DNA of 64,000 nucleotides from Dehalococcoidia bacterium (GCA_965248115.1 CBDFII010000005.1:341197-405196), one strand, 5' to 3'. Positions 53,116 to 63,701 are shown, counted from the stretch's first letter. Notes: generated by a model from the letters alone, not told the origin. Numbers and translations are program-made.

Positions 53116-54702
53116 GTGCTTCTAGGCGCGTTAGTTTCCGTCCTCGCTGCCGGGCTGGTAGGGTTTGCGATTGTTCGATTCGAGTACGCGTTGATTCTGG
53201 TACTCTTGATTTTAGGGGTATGCCTATTTCTCCTAATATCACCTATCCGTGGCAGCGTCTCTTCTAAAAAGACCCATCGGCGGAATACATCCGGCAGCTT
53301 CCTAGTGATATCCCTAGGACTTTTACTCCTGCTGAATCTGTTGGCTTTCACTAAAGGACAGTTCCTGCAGCAGGCACTTGCTACCGCCGTGGTGCTGCTG
53401 GCCATCTATCCTACGTGGCGATATCTAAAAGATAGGGAGAGAAATGTGCCAATATTCCCCTTTGTGGCCCTTGCTTTCGGGCTACATTACGGTGTGGTCT
53501 TTCTCCTCCCAATTGAAGTCGATCCCGTCTTCGGGAACGTTAGTGAGGAATCCATCACCAAGGCGCTGATACTCTCTACTCTCGGGCTCAGTACTTTATT
53601 GCTTACGTTCTATATATGGCGGTTGAACTTCTTGGCTCCACTGATACCGCGTATCCCGGACGCATGGGCTGAAAAAGGGGCTCCAGCCTTCGGAGTGCTC
53701 TTAGGAATAATTGGCCTCCTCACGAATGCCAGTCGCCACCTCCTCATCCTACCTATCTCGCCTGATATACCAGAGTCAGTATTCAACTTTGGGATCTTTG
53801 TGGGGTATGCCGGGATTTCTGTTTTGTTCCTGCTGCTTCTGAGGGGACGCTTATCAGTAGAATACAAGGTTTTTCTCTGGCTGATTATACTTTTAAACGT
53901 TCCCTTCTTGCTTGGCTTTGGCGGTGCGGCTGGTGCTTTCTTATTTGGCTCAATACTGTTCTTCTTGTATGTGGCGGAGACACGGAAGATACCATGGGCG
54001 GCTCTCGGAGTGGGTGTGGCTGTAGTGAGCCTCTTAGTGGCAACAAGGGCGGAAATACGTTCCACAATAGACACGGCCCCAAGTAGACTGGGGCGCGTAC
54101 AAACGTCTATTGCCCACCTGCAACTGGCAGCGTCGGTCCTCACGGAACAAAACCTACAACGGCTCGGCGAAAGGTTCCAGGGTGTCGGGCAACGGGTAGA
54201 TTTCCTCACACGCTTTGCCTACGTCGTTGAGCTAACACCCAGTGATATCCCTTACTGGCAAGGAGAAACGTACAAAAACCTGCTTTGGAAGTTTATCCCG
54301 AGAATCGTATACCCGAGTAAGCCAGAGGATGTTGTGGCTCAAGAATTTCCGTTACGATATCGGCTCTTTGGTGGGGGGGTGCCCGACAAAACAGTGCCAC
54401 TTCCCCTGTTGTTAGAGTTATATGCCAACTTTGGCCCCCTTTTCGTGGTGGTGGGGATGTTCTTGCTGGGCTTAGTAATACGAGTGCTATACCACGTTAC
54501 AAACTACACGGGTGTGCGGGGATGGGCTTTGATTTGTGCCGTAGTTATCGGAGCAAGCCTCTTTGATTTGGGGGCAAATTTTTCCATTCTCTTCGGGGGT
54601 TTGTTTCTTAAGCTCCTCGCCCTTGCGTTGGTGGGGGTCTTTGTAAGGGTACCTCGCATTCGTACATTACCTCAGGCCGGCAGAGTACGCACCTCACAAT
54701 AG
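53116..54702 (+). CDS. Polytopic membrane protein, Wzy-like polysaccharide polymerase candidate
   Basis: 528 aa with more than 10 predicted TM helices and no transporter motifs. The position in a glycan locus supports the call. GTG start. Confidence 0.4.
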   Translation: MLLGALVSVLAAGLVGFAIVRFEYALILVLLILGVCLFLLISPIRGSVSSKKTHRRNTSGSFLVISLGLLLLLNLLAFTKGQFLQQALATAVVLLAIYPTWRYLKDRERNVPIFPFVALAFGLHYGVVFLLPIEVDPVFGNVSEESITKALILSTLGLSTLLLTFYIWRLNFLAPLIPRIPDAWAEKGAPAFGVLLGIIGLLTNASRHLLILPISPDIPESVFNFGIFVGYAGISVLFLLLLRGRLSVEYKVFLWLIILLNVPFLLGFGGAAGAFLFGSILFFLYVAETRKIPWAALGVGVAVVSLLVATRAEIRSTIDTAPSRLGRVQTSIAHLQLAASVLTEQNLQRLGERFQGVGQRVDFLTRFAYVVELTPSDIPYWQGETYKNLLWKFIPRIVYPSKPEDVVAQEFPLRYRLFGGGVPDKTVPLPLLLELYANFGPLFVVVGMFLLGLVIRVLYHVTNYTGVRGWALICAVVIGASLFDLGANFSILFGGLFLKLLALALVGVFVRVPRIRTLPQAGRVRTSQ

Positions 54703-55092
54703 AGCTTGCCCCCTAAAGTCACAATTGTTAAATCCATGGTACCACTGAGGTTTTTTGTGGGACGTTTTCAGGTATTGTTCACAGGAGAGACAGAGTTTCC
54801 GACGGTCTTAGTGAATACCGACTCTCCTTGAAATGCTGCGTTCATTCTTCGACTGTGCACCTCCCCTCCTGCGTTAATCTTCACAAAGAAGTTTTCTTCT
54901 CATCGGAAGTGTACCGATCTTGCCACACAGTTTTACAATGTTATCCTTAAACCCCGACCTTTCTGGATAGTTGCCAATGATTTTAAGCACTATTTCTGTG
55001 ACCCTCTTGCTCTGGCGTCTGTTCGCGAATCCCCATATGTACCGGATCCCGGTAAGTACACCTTTGTTTGCGATTAAGAAGGGCTTGAGGTA

Positions 55093-56298
55093 ATGGGCAT
55101 GGCCAAGGGGCGACAATACAAGCTTGCGGTATTGGCCCCGCATCCCATCCAGTACCAGGCACCCCTGTTTCGCGATCTTGCTACGCACCCTGAGATAGAC
55201 CTCCACGTTTACTTTTGTTCCAGATGGGGCCTAAACTCGTACCGGGACCCTGGCTTTGGGTTGAGCTTCTCTTGGGATACTCCTCTGCTGGAAGGATACA
55301 ACTATACCTTCCTGCGCAATCTGAGTCCTCGGCCTGGTCCGGGCCGGTTCTCCGGGTGTATGAATCCAGGAATATTGCGGATGATTCTTCAAGGCGGGTA
55401 CGACGCCCTCTGGGTCAATGGTTGGGCCCAAGCAAACACCTGGCTAGCGTGGACCGGCGCGGCCTTACGAGGTGTTCCAATTCTGCTGAGGGGAGAGACC
55501 AACGGCCTCGGCGAACCTAACGGCCTAAAGGGAGCAATAAAACGGGTGGTAGTGAGAGCCTTTTTCAGTCGGATCTCTGGCTTCCTTGCTGTTGGATCTA
55601 ACAACGCCAATTTTTACAGCTCCTACGGCGTTCCTGCTGAGCGTATCTTCTTGACACCTTATGCTGTAGACAACGCCTTTTTCGTGAAGGAGGCCCGCCA
55701 GCTCGAAGGGCAAAAGCGCACTCTGCGTGAAAAATCAGGAATCCCTTCTGATCGGCCGGTTATCCTCTTCTGTGGCAAATTCCAGGAGAAGAAAAGGCCC
55801 CTGGATGTGCTGCAGGCATTTGCAAGGCTCAACAGCAGGCTCCAAGCCTCTCTTGTGTTTGTAGGGGACGGCCCGCTGCGGCCTACCATGGAGCACTTTA
55901 TCGCCGAGCATGGCCTATCCAATGTGTGCATGCTGGGCTTTCACAATCAGAAGGAGATGCCCATATATTATGCGCTAGCTGATGTGCTAGTTCTTCCGTC
56001 TATCTTTGAGCCCTGGGGATTGGTGGTAAACGAGGCGATGTGTTTCGGCCTTCCTGTCATCGCTTCTGACAAGTCGGGCGCGGCTGCCGACCTGGTGAAG
56101 TCAGGGATCAACGGGTTTACCTACAGCGCTGGCGATGAACAAGCCCTCGCTAACGCTCTGATGATGGTGCTTGAAAACGAGGAGGGACGCCGAAGCATGG
56201 GTCACGCGTCGTATGACATCATATCCCATTGGGGTTTCGAGGAGGACGTTGGGGGAATCCTCCAGGCGCTTGAACACGTTACAAACCTGAAAAAGTGA
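55093..56298 (+). CDS. GT4-type glycosyltransferase
   Basis: LVFVGDGPLR, PSIFEPWGLVVNEAMCFGLPVIASDKSG (EX7E). Confidence 0.85.
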   Translation: MGMAKGRQYKLAVLAPHPIQYQAPLFRDLATHPEIDLHVYFCSRWGLNSYRDPGFGLSFSWDTPLLEGYNYTFLRNLSPRPGPGRFSGCMNPGILRMILQGGYDALWVNGWAQANTWLAWTGAALRGVPILLRGETNGLGEPNGLKGAIKRVVVRAFFSRISGFLAVGSNNANFYSSYGVPAERIFLTPYAVDNAFFVKEARQLEGQKRTLREKSGIPSDRPVILFCGKFQEKKRPLDVLQAFARLNSRLQASLVFVGDGPLRPTMEHFIAEHGLSNVCMLGFHNQKEMPIYYALADVLVLPSIFEPWGLVVNEAMCFGLPVIASDKSGAAADLVKSGINGFTYSAGDEQALANALMMVLENEEGRRSMGHASYDIISHWGFEEDVGGILQALEHVTNLKK

Positions 56299-56445
56299 GT
56301 CTGGCCCTAAATAGACTAACCCCCAAAGATTGATCGCCTCTAGTAGCGCCGGGCATCCGTTCTAGGGAAAGACCAATCCGCTAAGGGCCTCATGATTTCG
56401 CCTCAGTTACGTTTATCGAGTTCTGAGAGAGGAGCATAAGCACCA

Positions 56446-57555
56446 ATGAGAAGCATTCCCGCTTTCCGATATTATTTCCCGAAAGAGGAGATCGAGCGAG
56501 TTGTATCTCAGTACAAAGAGATCCTGGAAACCAACGGCTTTCTCACCATGGGTCGGTACGGAGAGGAGTTTGAGCAGGCCTTCGGCGAATATACGGGGGC
56601 CAAGTATGCGGTTTCTGTTGCTAGCGGAACCGCGGCTCTGGAGCTCATCTTTCGGCACCTGGGAGTTGAGGGCAAAGAGGTAATCGTACCCACCAACACC
56701 TTCGCGGCGACTGCCTTTGCTGTTATCCATGCAGGGGGCATTCCTGTTTTTGCCGATTGTCTGGAGGATATGACCGTTGACCCCACAGATGTGAAAAAGC
56801 GAATCACCACCCGGACTGCCGCCATTGTTACAGTCCATATAGGCGGCTTGGTTTCTCCGGCCACCTACGAGCTGGTGGACCTGGCTAGCCAGAAAGGCAT
56901 ACCTCTGGTGGAAGATGCTGCCCATGCCCATGGCAGCAGGCTTGACGGCAAACACGCCGGTACCTTTGGTATCGCAGGAGCATTTTCTTTCTTCTCCACA
57001 AAAGTGATGACTACGGGAGAGGGAGGAATGATAGTCACTAGCGACCCTGGGATCTACCAAAAGGCATTACTCCTACGGGATCAAGCCAAGGTGGACGGCC
57101 AGAATCTCCATGAAGAAGTTGGTCACAACTGGAGAATGGGCGAGTTCCAGGCGATCCTAGGGTTATCGCAGCTCAGAAGCCTGGAGGATTCCATTCAACG
57201 TCGCAGCAGGATCGCCAGGATTTACGACGAAGGTTTCGCCGAAGTGTCCTTGTTGACACGTTTGCCCGTGCCGACAAACGTTCGGCACAATTACTACAAA
57301 TACATTCTCCTCTTGAACGAAGGGGATCGAGAGCAGTTCAGAGTAGAGCTCAGAAAAGAATATGGAGTCCCCCTAGGAGGCTATGTGTTCGATCTGCCCT
57401 GCCATCTCCAGGCGGTCTTTAGACCCTATAGCACCATCTCCCTCGCGGTGTCAGAAGACCTCTGCAGCCGACATATTTGTCCGCCGATCTATCCCACAGT
57501 CACCGATGAGGAGGCGCAGTACGTAGTGAATTCCCTCCGGAGGGTTCTCAAATGA
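56446..57555 (+). CDS. DegT/DnrJ/EryC1/StrS family PLP-dependent sugar aminotransferase
   Basis: VASGTAALEL, EDAAHAHG, FSFFSTKVMTTGEGGMIV (PLP lysine). Confidence 0.85.
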   Translation: MRSIPAFRYYFPKEEIERVVSQYKEILETNGFLTMGRYGEEFEQAFGEYTGAKYAVSVASGTAALELIFRHLGVEGKEVIVPTNTFAATAFAVIHAGGIPVFADCLEDMTVDPTDVKKRITTRTAAIVTVHIGGLVSPATYELVDLASQKGIPLVEDAAHAHGSRLDGKHAGTFGIAGAFSFFSTKVMTTGEGGMIVTSDPGIYQKALLLRDQAKVDGQNLHEEVGHNWRMGEFQAILGLSQLRSLEDSIQRRSRIARIYDEGFAEVSLLTRLPVPTNVRHNYYKYILLLNEGDREQFRVELRKEYGVPLGGYVFDLPCHLQAVFRPYSTISLAVSEDLCSRHICPPIYPTVTDEEAQYVVNSLRRVLK

Positions 57556-58445
57556 AGATCGTAGTCACAGGGGGTGCTGGCTTCATAGGCAGCCGTTTGG
57601 TGCGAAAGCTCTCGCAACTGGGACACGAAGTCACGGCGTGGGACCTGCGTCCCCTGGGTTCAGAGGAGATGGCCTCCAGCGTGATTGTAGACGTTAGGAA
57701 TCTGTCGGAGGTGGAAAAGGAGCTTGCCGAGGTAGAGGCTGTTTATCATCTAGCGGGCCCTGTTGTGGAATCCTCCCGCAAGAACCCCTACGAAAGCTGC
57801 ATGTTGCAACACTCGGGGACGCTGGCTGTTCTTGAGGCTTGCCACAGGCGTAACGTGCCGAAGGTTCTGCTCGCCAGCTCCTTTTACGTGTACGATCGAA
57901 TTGACGAAAAAATGATCGTGAACGAAGAAACGCCCCTGGACCTTTTCCAAATGGAGTTGCTCGGGGTGGCGAAGCTAGCGGCGGAGCGGGTAGTTAAGGA
58001 TTTTGCTGCTAAGTATGGAATGGAGTACGTGATCTTCCGGTTCGGATCGGCTTATGGATACGGCGATTGCAGTAACGTGGTGAAGACCTTCCTGGAGATG
58101 GGGTTTCGCGGAGAGACTATTGAAATCTGGGGAAAGGGGCTCCGTCGGAATCAATACACCTATGTCGATGACATTATTGATGGGTGTGTCCTTGCTCTGA
58201 CTGAGAAGAACGAGACGTATAACCTGATTTCCCCAGAGGAGACAAGCACCAGTAAGCTGGCTCAAATGATCAGAGAGAGCTACGGCTTTGATATCGTCTT
58301 CAACGAGGTCGCTAAGGAAGGCCCCAGCATGTCTTACATGTCTTCGATGAAGGCTATCAAGAGATTGGGTTGGAAGCCAATGGGCCTGGCTGACGGCATC
58401 ACGAAGATGGTCGCTGAGATGAAGCCAGACCTTCCCAAAACGTAA
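57552..58445 (+). CDS. NAD-dependent epimerase/dehydratase (SDR)
   Basis: The ATGA overlaps the upstream stop. IVVTGGAGFIGSRLVRKL. Confidence 0.8.
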   Translation: MKIVVTGGAGFIGSRLVRKLSQLGHEVTAWDLRPLGSEEMASSVIVDVRNLSEVEKELAEVEAVYHLAGPVVESSRKNPYESCMLQHSGTLAVLEACHRRNVPKVLLASSFYVYDRIDEKMIVNEETPLDLFQMELLGVAKLAAERVVKDFAAKYGMEYVIFRFGSAYGYGDCSNVVKTFLEMGFRGETIEIWGKGLRRNQYTYVDDIIDGCVLALTEKNETYNLISPEETSTSKLAQMIRESYGFDIVFNEVAKEGPSMSYMSSMKAIKRLGWKPMGLADGITKMVAEMKPDLPKT

Positions 58446-58457
58446 GGGATTAAGGGG

Positions 58458-59357
58458 ATGAAAGGCCAGGTATCGGGTAAACCTCCTGAAGAGTACGAAC
58501 CCAAAAGGTTCTGGACACGACGGGTCCGACGGTATGTGGGAATTGATGATCTCGGCACAGTGACCTCTACCGGTTCCCCAGCTTTCTTTAACCGGTTTAT
58601 TCACTGGCTCGAGGGGAGAACCCTGAAGCAAATACTCCTGCATTTGCCCAACCGAGGCCTCTTGTTGGACCTCGGATGTGGATATGGACGGTGGTTTGGA
58701 CTGTATCAGAGCAAAGGCGTCGGGGTAGTAGGGGTCGATATCGTATGGGATCTGGTGAAGCGAGGGATGAGTCTACATCCTGAGGTGCCCTTTATTCTGG
58801 GTGATGCACGAGGTTTACCCTTCGCCTCAGGCGTGTTTGATGGTGCCATCACTGTTAAGGTGCTCCAGTTTGTTCCATCAGAACAGCAGGAATCTAGCCT
58901 TCACGAACTGGGACGGGTAGTCAAGAGCGGGGGAACAATGGTGATGCTCGAGTTGACTGAAGGGAAGGCCCACGGGCATATTCATCCCAATACCCCTTCG
59001 GAGTGGATCGGCCTCGCCAGGGACGCCGGGTTCGCCCTTGTGGACTGGAGGGGAAGCCACTTTGTGCCTGTGGACCGAATGCTTGACCGGGCACGAGTCG
59101 GCATTGCCAGGATGCTGAGACGCATTGGCAATGGGAAGGGAAAGGCTGTGTCGTCACTGAGTGACGTCCCAGACTTAGCACCTGCAGAGGCCGAGCCTTG
59201 GAGGAGCCGACACTCGACCTTTGGCGCAGGCTACCACTCTCTCAGGCATCTAAGCACCAGGATCTCCAAAGCTCTGGAACCTCTTGTCGAGAGGACATCC
59301 CCCCGAGGATGGGCCAGCCATGGGCTGTTTGTTTTTCGCAAAGAGGGGAAGCCCTGA
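58458..59357 (+). CDS. Class I SAM-dependent methyltransferase (type 11)
   Basis: LLDLGCGYGRW, FDGAITVKVLQFVP, VKSGGTMVMLE. Confidence 0.75.
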   Translation: MKGQVSGKPPEEYEPKRFWTRRVRRYVGIDDLGTVTSTGSPAFFNRFIHWLEGRTLKQILLHLPNRGLLLDLGCGYGRWFGLYQSKGVGVVGVDIVWDLVKRGMSLHPEVPFILGDARGLPFASGVFDGAITVKVLQFVPSEQQESSLHELGRVVKSGGTMVMLELTEGKAHGHIHPNTPSEWIGLARDAGFALVDWRGSHFVPVDRMLDRARVGIARMLRRIGNGKGKAVSSLSDVPDLAPAEAEPWRSRHSTFGAGYHSLRHLSTRISKALEPLVERTSPRGWASHGLFVFRKEGKP

Positions 59358-60496
59358 TGCGATTGCTAGTAGTGACCCATAACTTTCCCCCCTTTGAAGG
59401 AGGCATTACAACCCACGCCCTGGAAGTGACCAAGAACCTGAGTAAACTGGGGCAAGAGCCCGTGGTTTTGGCCCCCAGAGTCGGTGGATGGCAGGCTGTG
59501 GACACTTCGCTCCCATTCCGAGTGGTCAGGATGCCTGGGGCGACCTCGAAATATCTGCGCTTTCTCCTCACGGTCTTTTACACCCTGAGCATAACGATCC
59601 GATGGCGTCCAAAAGTGATCTATTCCACCCACTGGCGAAACTCCGGCCTTGCAGTGGCTCTTGTTTGCATGTTGACAAGGGTTCCCTTCTTCCAAGCTAT
59701 TCACGGCAGTGAAGTGTTGTCTCTGGTGGGCGGAAAGGGAAGACGATGGCTCTTTGAATGGGTATCCGGGAGGACTCGCGGCTTTGTGGCTTTGGGAAAG
59801 TATCAGGAAACGATCCTTGGCCGTTTGGGTGTTCCCCAGGAGAAGATTTACACCAGCCCGGAAGGGGTAGATCTAGCAAGGTTTGATGGAGATGACTTAG
59901 GAACCGTTGATGCGATCAGAACTTTGTATGGGTTGAACGACCACAAGCTGATATTGACAGTAGGGCGGTTGGTGGAAAGAAAGGGGCACGACATGGTGAT
60001 TGCGGCCCTGCCAGAGGTGCTGAAATCGGTGCCTGATGCGGTATACCTAGTAGTTGGGCGAGGGCCAATGGAAGAGCGGCTGAAACAGATGGCCCAGGGG
60101 GACAGTGTCCACAAAAGTATTATATTTGCCGGTTATGTGCCTGAGGAGAAGCTTCCTGCCTTTTATAAGGCATGTGACGTCTTCGTCATGCCCAATAGGG
60201 AGGTAGAGAGCGATACTGAAGGATTCGGCATAGTGTTCGTCGAAGCAGGGGCTTGTGGGAAGCCTGTCATTGGTGGGCGGTCTGGAGGTGTTGTGGAGGT
60301 GATTAAGGACGGCATAACAGGTTTTCTGGTTGATCCTCTTGATACCGGACAGCTGGCGCAGGCGATTGTTCAGGCCCTGACCGATGAAGGTATGGCAAAC
60401 AGGATGGGGCTAGCGGCCCGCGCCCGAGTCGTGGAGGAGTACGACTACTATCACGTAACATCGGGGATTCTGTCTTACTTTGTCGCAAGTATCTAA
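59357..60496 (+). CDS. GT4-type glycosyltransferase
   Basis: The start MRLLVVTHNFPP overlaps the upstream stop (TGATG). SDTEGFGIVFVEAGACGKPVIGGRSGG (EX7E). The ORF-track 59198 start is an upstream extension. Confidence 0.8.
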   Translation: MRLLVVTHNFPPFEGGITTHALEVTKNLSKLGQEPVVLAPRVGGWQAVDTSLPFRVVRMPGATSKYLRFLLTVFYTLSITIRWRPKVIYSTHWRNSGLAVALVCMLTRVPFFQAIHGSEVLSLVGGKGRRWLFEWVSGRTRGFVALGKYQETILGRLGVPQEKIYTSPEGVDLARFDGDDLGTVDAIRTLYGLNDHKLILTVGRLVERKGHDMVIAALPEVLKSVPDAVYLVVGRGPMEERLKQMAQGDSVHKSIIFAGYVPEEKLPAFYKACDVFVMPNREVESDTEGFGIVFVEAGACGKPVIGGRSGGVVEVIKDGITGFLVDPLDTGQLAQAIVQALTDEGMANRMGLAARARVVEEYDYYHVTSGILSYFVASI

Positions 60497-60529
60497 AAGC
60501 GCAAAGTAGGTATCAGTAGTCCATTGCCG

Positions 60530-61717
60530 ATGAAGGTACTGCATGTCATTCAATCGATATCGCCTTACTATGGTGGGCCCAGCCAAGCCGTGTTAGAACT
60601 GTGCACAGCTTTGCAAGAACTTGGTGTGGAGACGAGCATAGCCACCACAAATGCCAACGGAGATTCGGAAATTGATGCGAAACTGGGCCTGGAGGTGAGC
60701 CGGGAGGGGGTAAAGGTTTACCGTTTTCCTCGGCAGTTCCTTCGAAAGCCTATCATGTCGTTTCCATTATTTAGGTGGTTGCGATCCAATATAAAACAAT
60801 ACGACATGCTTCATATTCACGGAGTTTTCTCTATTCCAGCCAGTGCGGCGGCCTTGCAAGCCCGACTTTCTCGCATACCTTATGCTGTCCGGCCATGTGG
60901 GACGTTAAGCGGGCCGTCATTGAGAAGAAAGTCCCCTTTGAAAAGGATTCACCTGGCATTGTTGGGACGACGTAACCTCAACGGTGCCGCTGTCCTCCAC
61001 GTGACCAGTGAAGGCGAGCATCAGGAAGTCCAGAGACTTAAACTCGCCACGCCGGTTGCTGTTCTTCCGCTGGGGATACAACTTCTTACGAACGATAAAG
61101 ACCCAGAGGGAAGATCATCAAGGCAACAGCCAGGCTGGACTTCAGATAAAAAGGTTATCTTGTTCTTATCTCGTATCGACCCCATCAAGGGTCTTGATTT
61201 ACTCATCGCTGCAATAGCTAAGCTGCTTTCCCGTCGGCGCGACTTTGTCTTGGTCATAGCTGGCACCGGTCCGAAAAGAGATGTGGCTATGCTCAACCGC
61301 TTGATTGCCAAATATGAGGTGGTTGATCATGTCGTTTTGACCGGTTTCGTCCACGGAGATCACAAAGAGAGGCTTCTTCGGGACTCAGACATCTTTGTAC
61401 TTCCTTCCTATGGGGAGAGTTTTGGAGTAGCTGTTCTGGAGGCCATGGCAAGCAAGCTGCCCGTGGTTATTACGGATAGAGTCAACCTCCATCCCGAAGT
61501 AGAGGAGGCGGGTGCGGGCGTTGTCACGCCTTGTGAGGCTGATGCTCTAGCAGAGGCTTTGGACACATTGCTTAATGATGATCTCCTACGCCGGCAAATG
61601 GGAGAGAACGGAGCAAATCTTGTGAGCAGATTGTATAGATGGGATACCGTAGCTCTTCAAGTTAAGGGGCTTTATGATACGGTTATTTCAGGAAAGTTCG
61701 CCCGTGAATCAGTATGA
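60530..61717 (+). CDS. GT4-type glycosyltransferase
   Basis: MKVLHVIQS start. PSYGESFGVAVLEAMASKLPVVITD (EX7E). Confidence 0.85.
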   Translation: MKVLHVIQSISPYYGGPSQAVLELCTALQELGVETSIATTNANGDSEIDAKLGLEVSREGVKVYRFPRQFLRKPIMSFPLFRWLRSNIKQYDMLHIHGVFSIPASAAALQARLSRIPYAVRPCGTLSGPSLRRKSPLKRIHLALLGRRNLNGAAVLHVTSEGEHQEVQRLKLATPVAVLPLGIQLLTNDKDPEGRSSRQQPGWTSDKKVILFLSRIDPIKGLDLLIAAIAKLLSRRRDFVLVIAGTGPKRDVAMLNRLIAKYEVVDHVVLTGFVHGDHKERLLRDSDIFVLPSYGESFGVAVLEAMASKLPVVITDRVNLHPEVEEAGAGVVTPCEADALAEALDTLLNDDLLRRQMGENGANLVSRLYRWDTVALQVKGLYDTVISGKFARESV

Positions 61718-62937
61718 ACATCTGCATGAGCATTTCCCAGCTTTACGCTCCCCAAGGAGGAACGATAGCTGGCGGAAACATCAATGCGATGCTGGCGTTA
61801 ACAGACGCCCTCGGTCGTCGCGGACACTCTATGACCGTCCTATCGGGTTGGCCCCATCGCCATTCGGCAGAGGAGGTTCGTGCCCAATTCCCCCAGACCC
61901 GCCTTGAGCTCCTGCGGTTGCATCGAGCCGGGCCTCTTGTCCGGAACGTGGAATTGCTATTTCAGTTGGCTCGAACCGCATATAAGTGGCGACATAAAGT
62001 TCAGTTTGAGATGATTCACGGTCACTCAGGTTATCCTCATTTGTCAGCGATGACGGTGTTGCTTAAGAAAGTACTTGGCGTGCCAGCCGTCCACACCGTG
62101 TACTGTCCCATGACCAATCGACTGAATGACCGGAAAGCCCCAATGCTTAGAGCGATGGTACCGGTACGCTCCCTGCTGGGTCGTATGGATCGGATCATTG
62201 CTGTCAGCGAAAACGTCCGCCGCTCGTTAGAGGATTTGAATCTCCCAGAAGAGAAGGTCGTGATGATCGGCCCGGCTATTAGAAATTGGCGGAATGTGAG
62301 CGATGAGGAGGTGCTTGCTTTTCGTCATAAACTGGGAACATCTCCTGAAGACAGGGTGGTGTTATTCGTGGGTAATTTCACTCGGGCCAAAGGATTTGAT
62401 CTGGTTATTAAAGCGCTGGCAAAGGTAAAACAGGAGCTGGAACAGGTGAAACTGGTCTATGCAATAGAACGAGGTCCCAAATTTAGCAATGAGCGCGAAA
62501 AGGAGGTGCGCTCTCTACTAAGAGACCACACCGATCTGGCCGACACCATTGAGCTGGGTATAGTACCAGACATGCCATTGCTCATGGCCTCCTCGGATGT
62601 TTTCGTCTTACCCTTTCGTGAGACAAGCGGTCCAATGGACTACCCCATGACCTTGCTCGAAGCCATGGCTTCGGGCGCTGCGGTGATCGCTGCGCGGGTG
62701 GGAGGTATCAGTGAGGTGATTCAAGAGGGAGAGACGGGCATGCTGATAGATCCGGACGACGAAGACTCCCTGGCACGGGCGATGCTCACTTTACTTAGGG
62801 ATGAAACCCTTCGGCTTAGGCTGGGACAGCGAGCCAAATTGGTGGCACTCGATCGCTTCAATCAAGAGAAGGTGGCCCAAAAAACCGAGGAGATTTATGA
62901 TCAGGTATTGCACCCCATATCGAAGGATGGGGGATGA
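61714..62937 (+). CDS. GT4-type glycosyltransferase
   Basis: ATGA overlap with the upstream stop. YPMTLLEAMASGAAVIAARVGGISEVI. Confidence 0.8.
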   Translation: MNICMSISQLYAPQGGTIAGGNINAMLALTDALGRRGHSMTVLSGWPHRHSAEEVRAQFPQTRLELLRLHRAGPLVRNVELLFQLARTAYKWRHKVQFEMIHGHSGYPHLSAMTVLLKKVLGVPAVHTVYCPMTNRLNDRKAPMLRAMVPVRSLLGRMDRIIAVSENVRRSLEDLNLPEEKVVMIGPAIRNWRNVSDEEVLAFRHKLGTSPEDRVVLFVGNFTRAKGFDLVIKALAKVKQELEQVKLVYAIERGPKFSNEREKEVRSLLRDHTDLADTIELGIVPDMPLLMASSDVFVLPFRETSGPMDYPMTLLEAMASGAAVIAARVGGISEVIQEGETGMLIDPDDEDSLARAMLTLLRDETLRLRLGQRAKLVALDRFNQEKVAQKTEEIYDQVLHPISKDGG

Positions 62938-63701
62938 GCTCCTCGGACAAAGGGTCCCAGCTCGGACATCGCTCTATGAGAGTCGGTCGTTTCTACGAGC
63001 GAGAGGCTGAGCACTATGACGAGGTTCGCTGGTCCTCGCCGGGGGGCATTTGGACCGACAAAGTCCAGAAACAGATTATCCGATCCATGTTGGGCAACCC
63101 TAACGACGGCCATGTGCTTGAGCTGGCGGTGGGCACAGGTCGCATCGGCATCGATTTGGCGCAAGGTGGATGGCATATCGTAGGGATTGACATTGCCTTA
63201 AACATGCTGAGGCGGGCGCAGCAGAGGGCCATCAACGGGGAAGCAATGCCGAATCTCCACTTCATTCAGGGCAGCGCCTTGCAACTGCCGGTAAAATCGG
63301 AATCCTTCGACCTCTGCATCTGTGTTAACGCCCTCAGCCTAATGCCAGAGTACAAGGAGGTGCTCAAGGAGATTGCACGTGCGCTCAAGCCCGGGGGTGC
63401 CCTTATCTGTAACTTCGCCAATTTGCTGAGCTACTACTTACCCTTTGGGATCGTTGTAAACAGTCGTGGACGGGCCCTTGCCAGAGACGTTTACAGCCGC
63501 TGGCATACACCTTTAGGCCTTCGACGACAGTTCCAACACGCAGGATTTAAGGTCAGCGATGTACAGGGACAGGTTCATCTTCCTGGCCACCTAAACGTTG
63601 GCCTTGCTCTCCCCCTAGTCAAGGCACTCCACCAAATATCTCGTAATTCGTATCTTCGGTATCTTTGTCCATCCCTTTTCTTCAAGTTGATCCGACTGTG
63701 A
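62934..63701 (+). CDS. Class I SAM-dependent methyltransferase (type 11)
   Basis: ATGA overlap with the upstream stop. VLELAVGTGRIGIDLA, FDLCICVNALSLMP, LKPGGALI. Confidence 0.75.
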   Translation: MSSSDKGSQLGHRSMRVGRFYEREAEHYDEVRWSSPGGIWTDKVQKQIIRSMLGNPNDGHVLELAVGTGRIGIDLAQGGWHIVGIDIALNMLRRAQQRAINGEAMPNLHFIQGSALQLPVKSESFDLCICVNALSLMPEYKEVLKEIARALKPGGALICNFANLLSYYLPFGIVVNSRGRALARDVYSRWHTPLGLRRQFQHAGFKVSDVQGQVHLPGHLNVGLALPLVKALHQISRNSYLRYLCPSLFFKLIRL

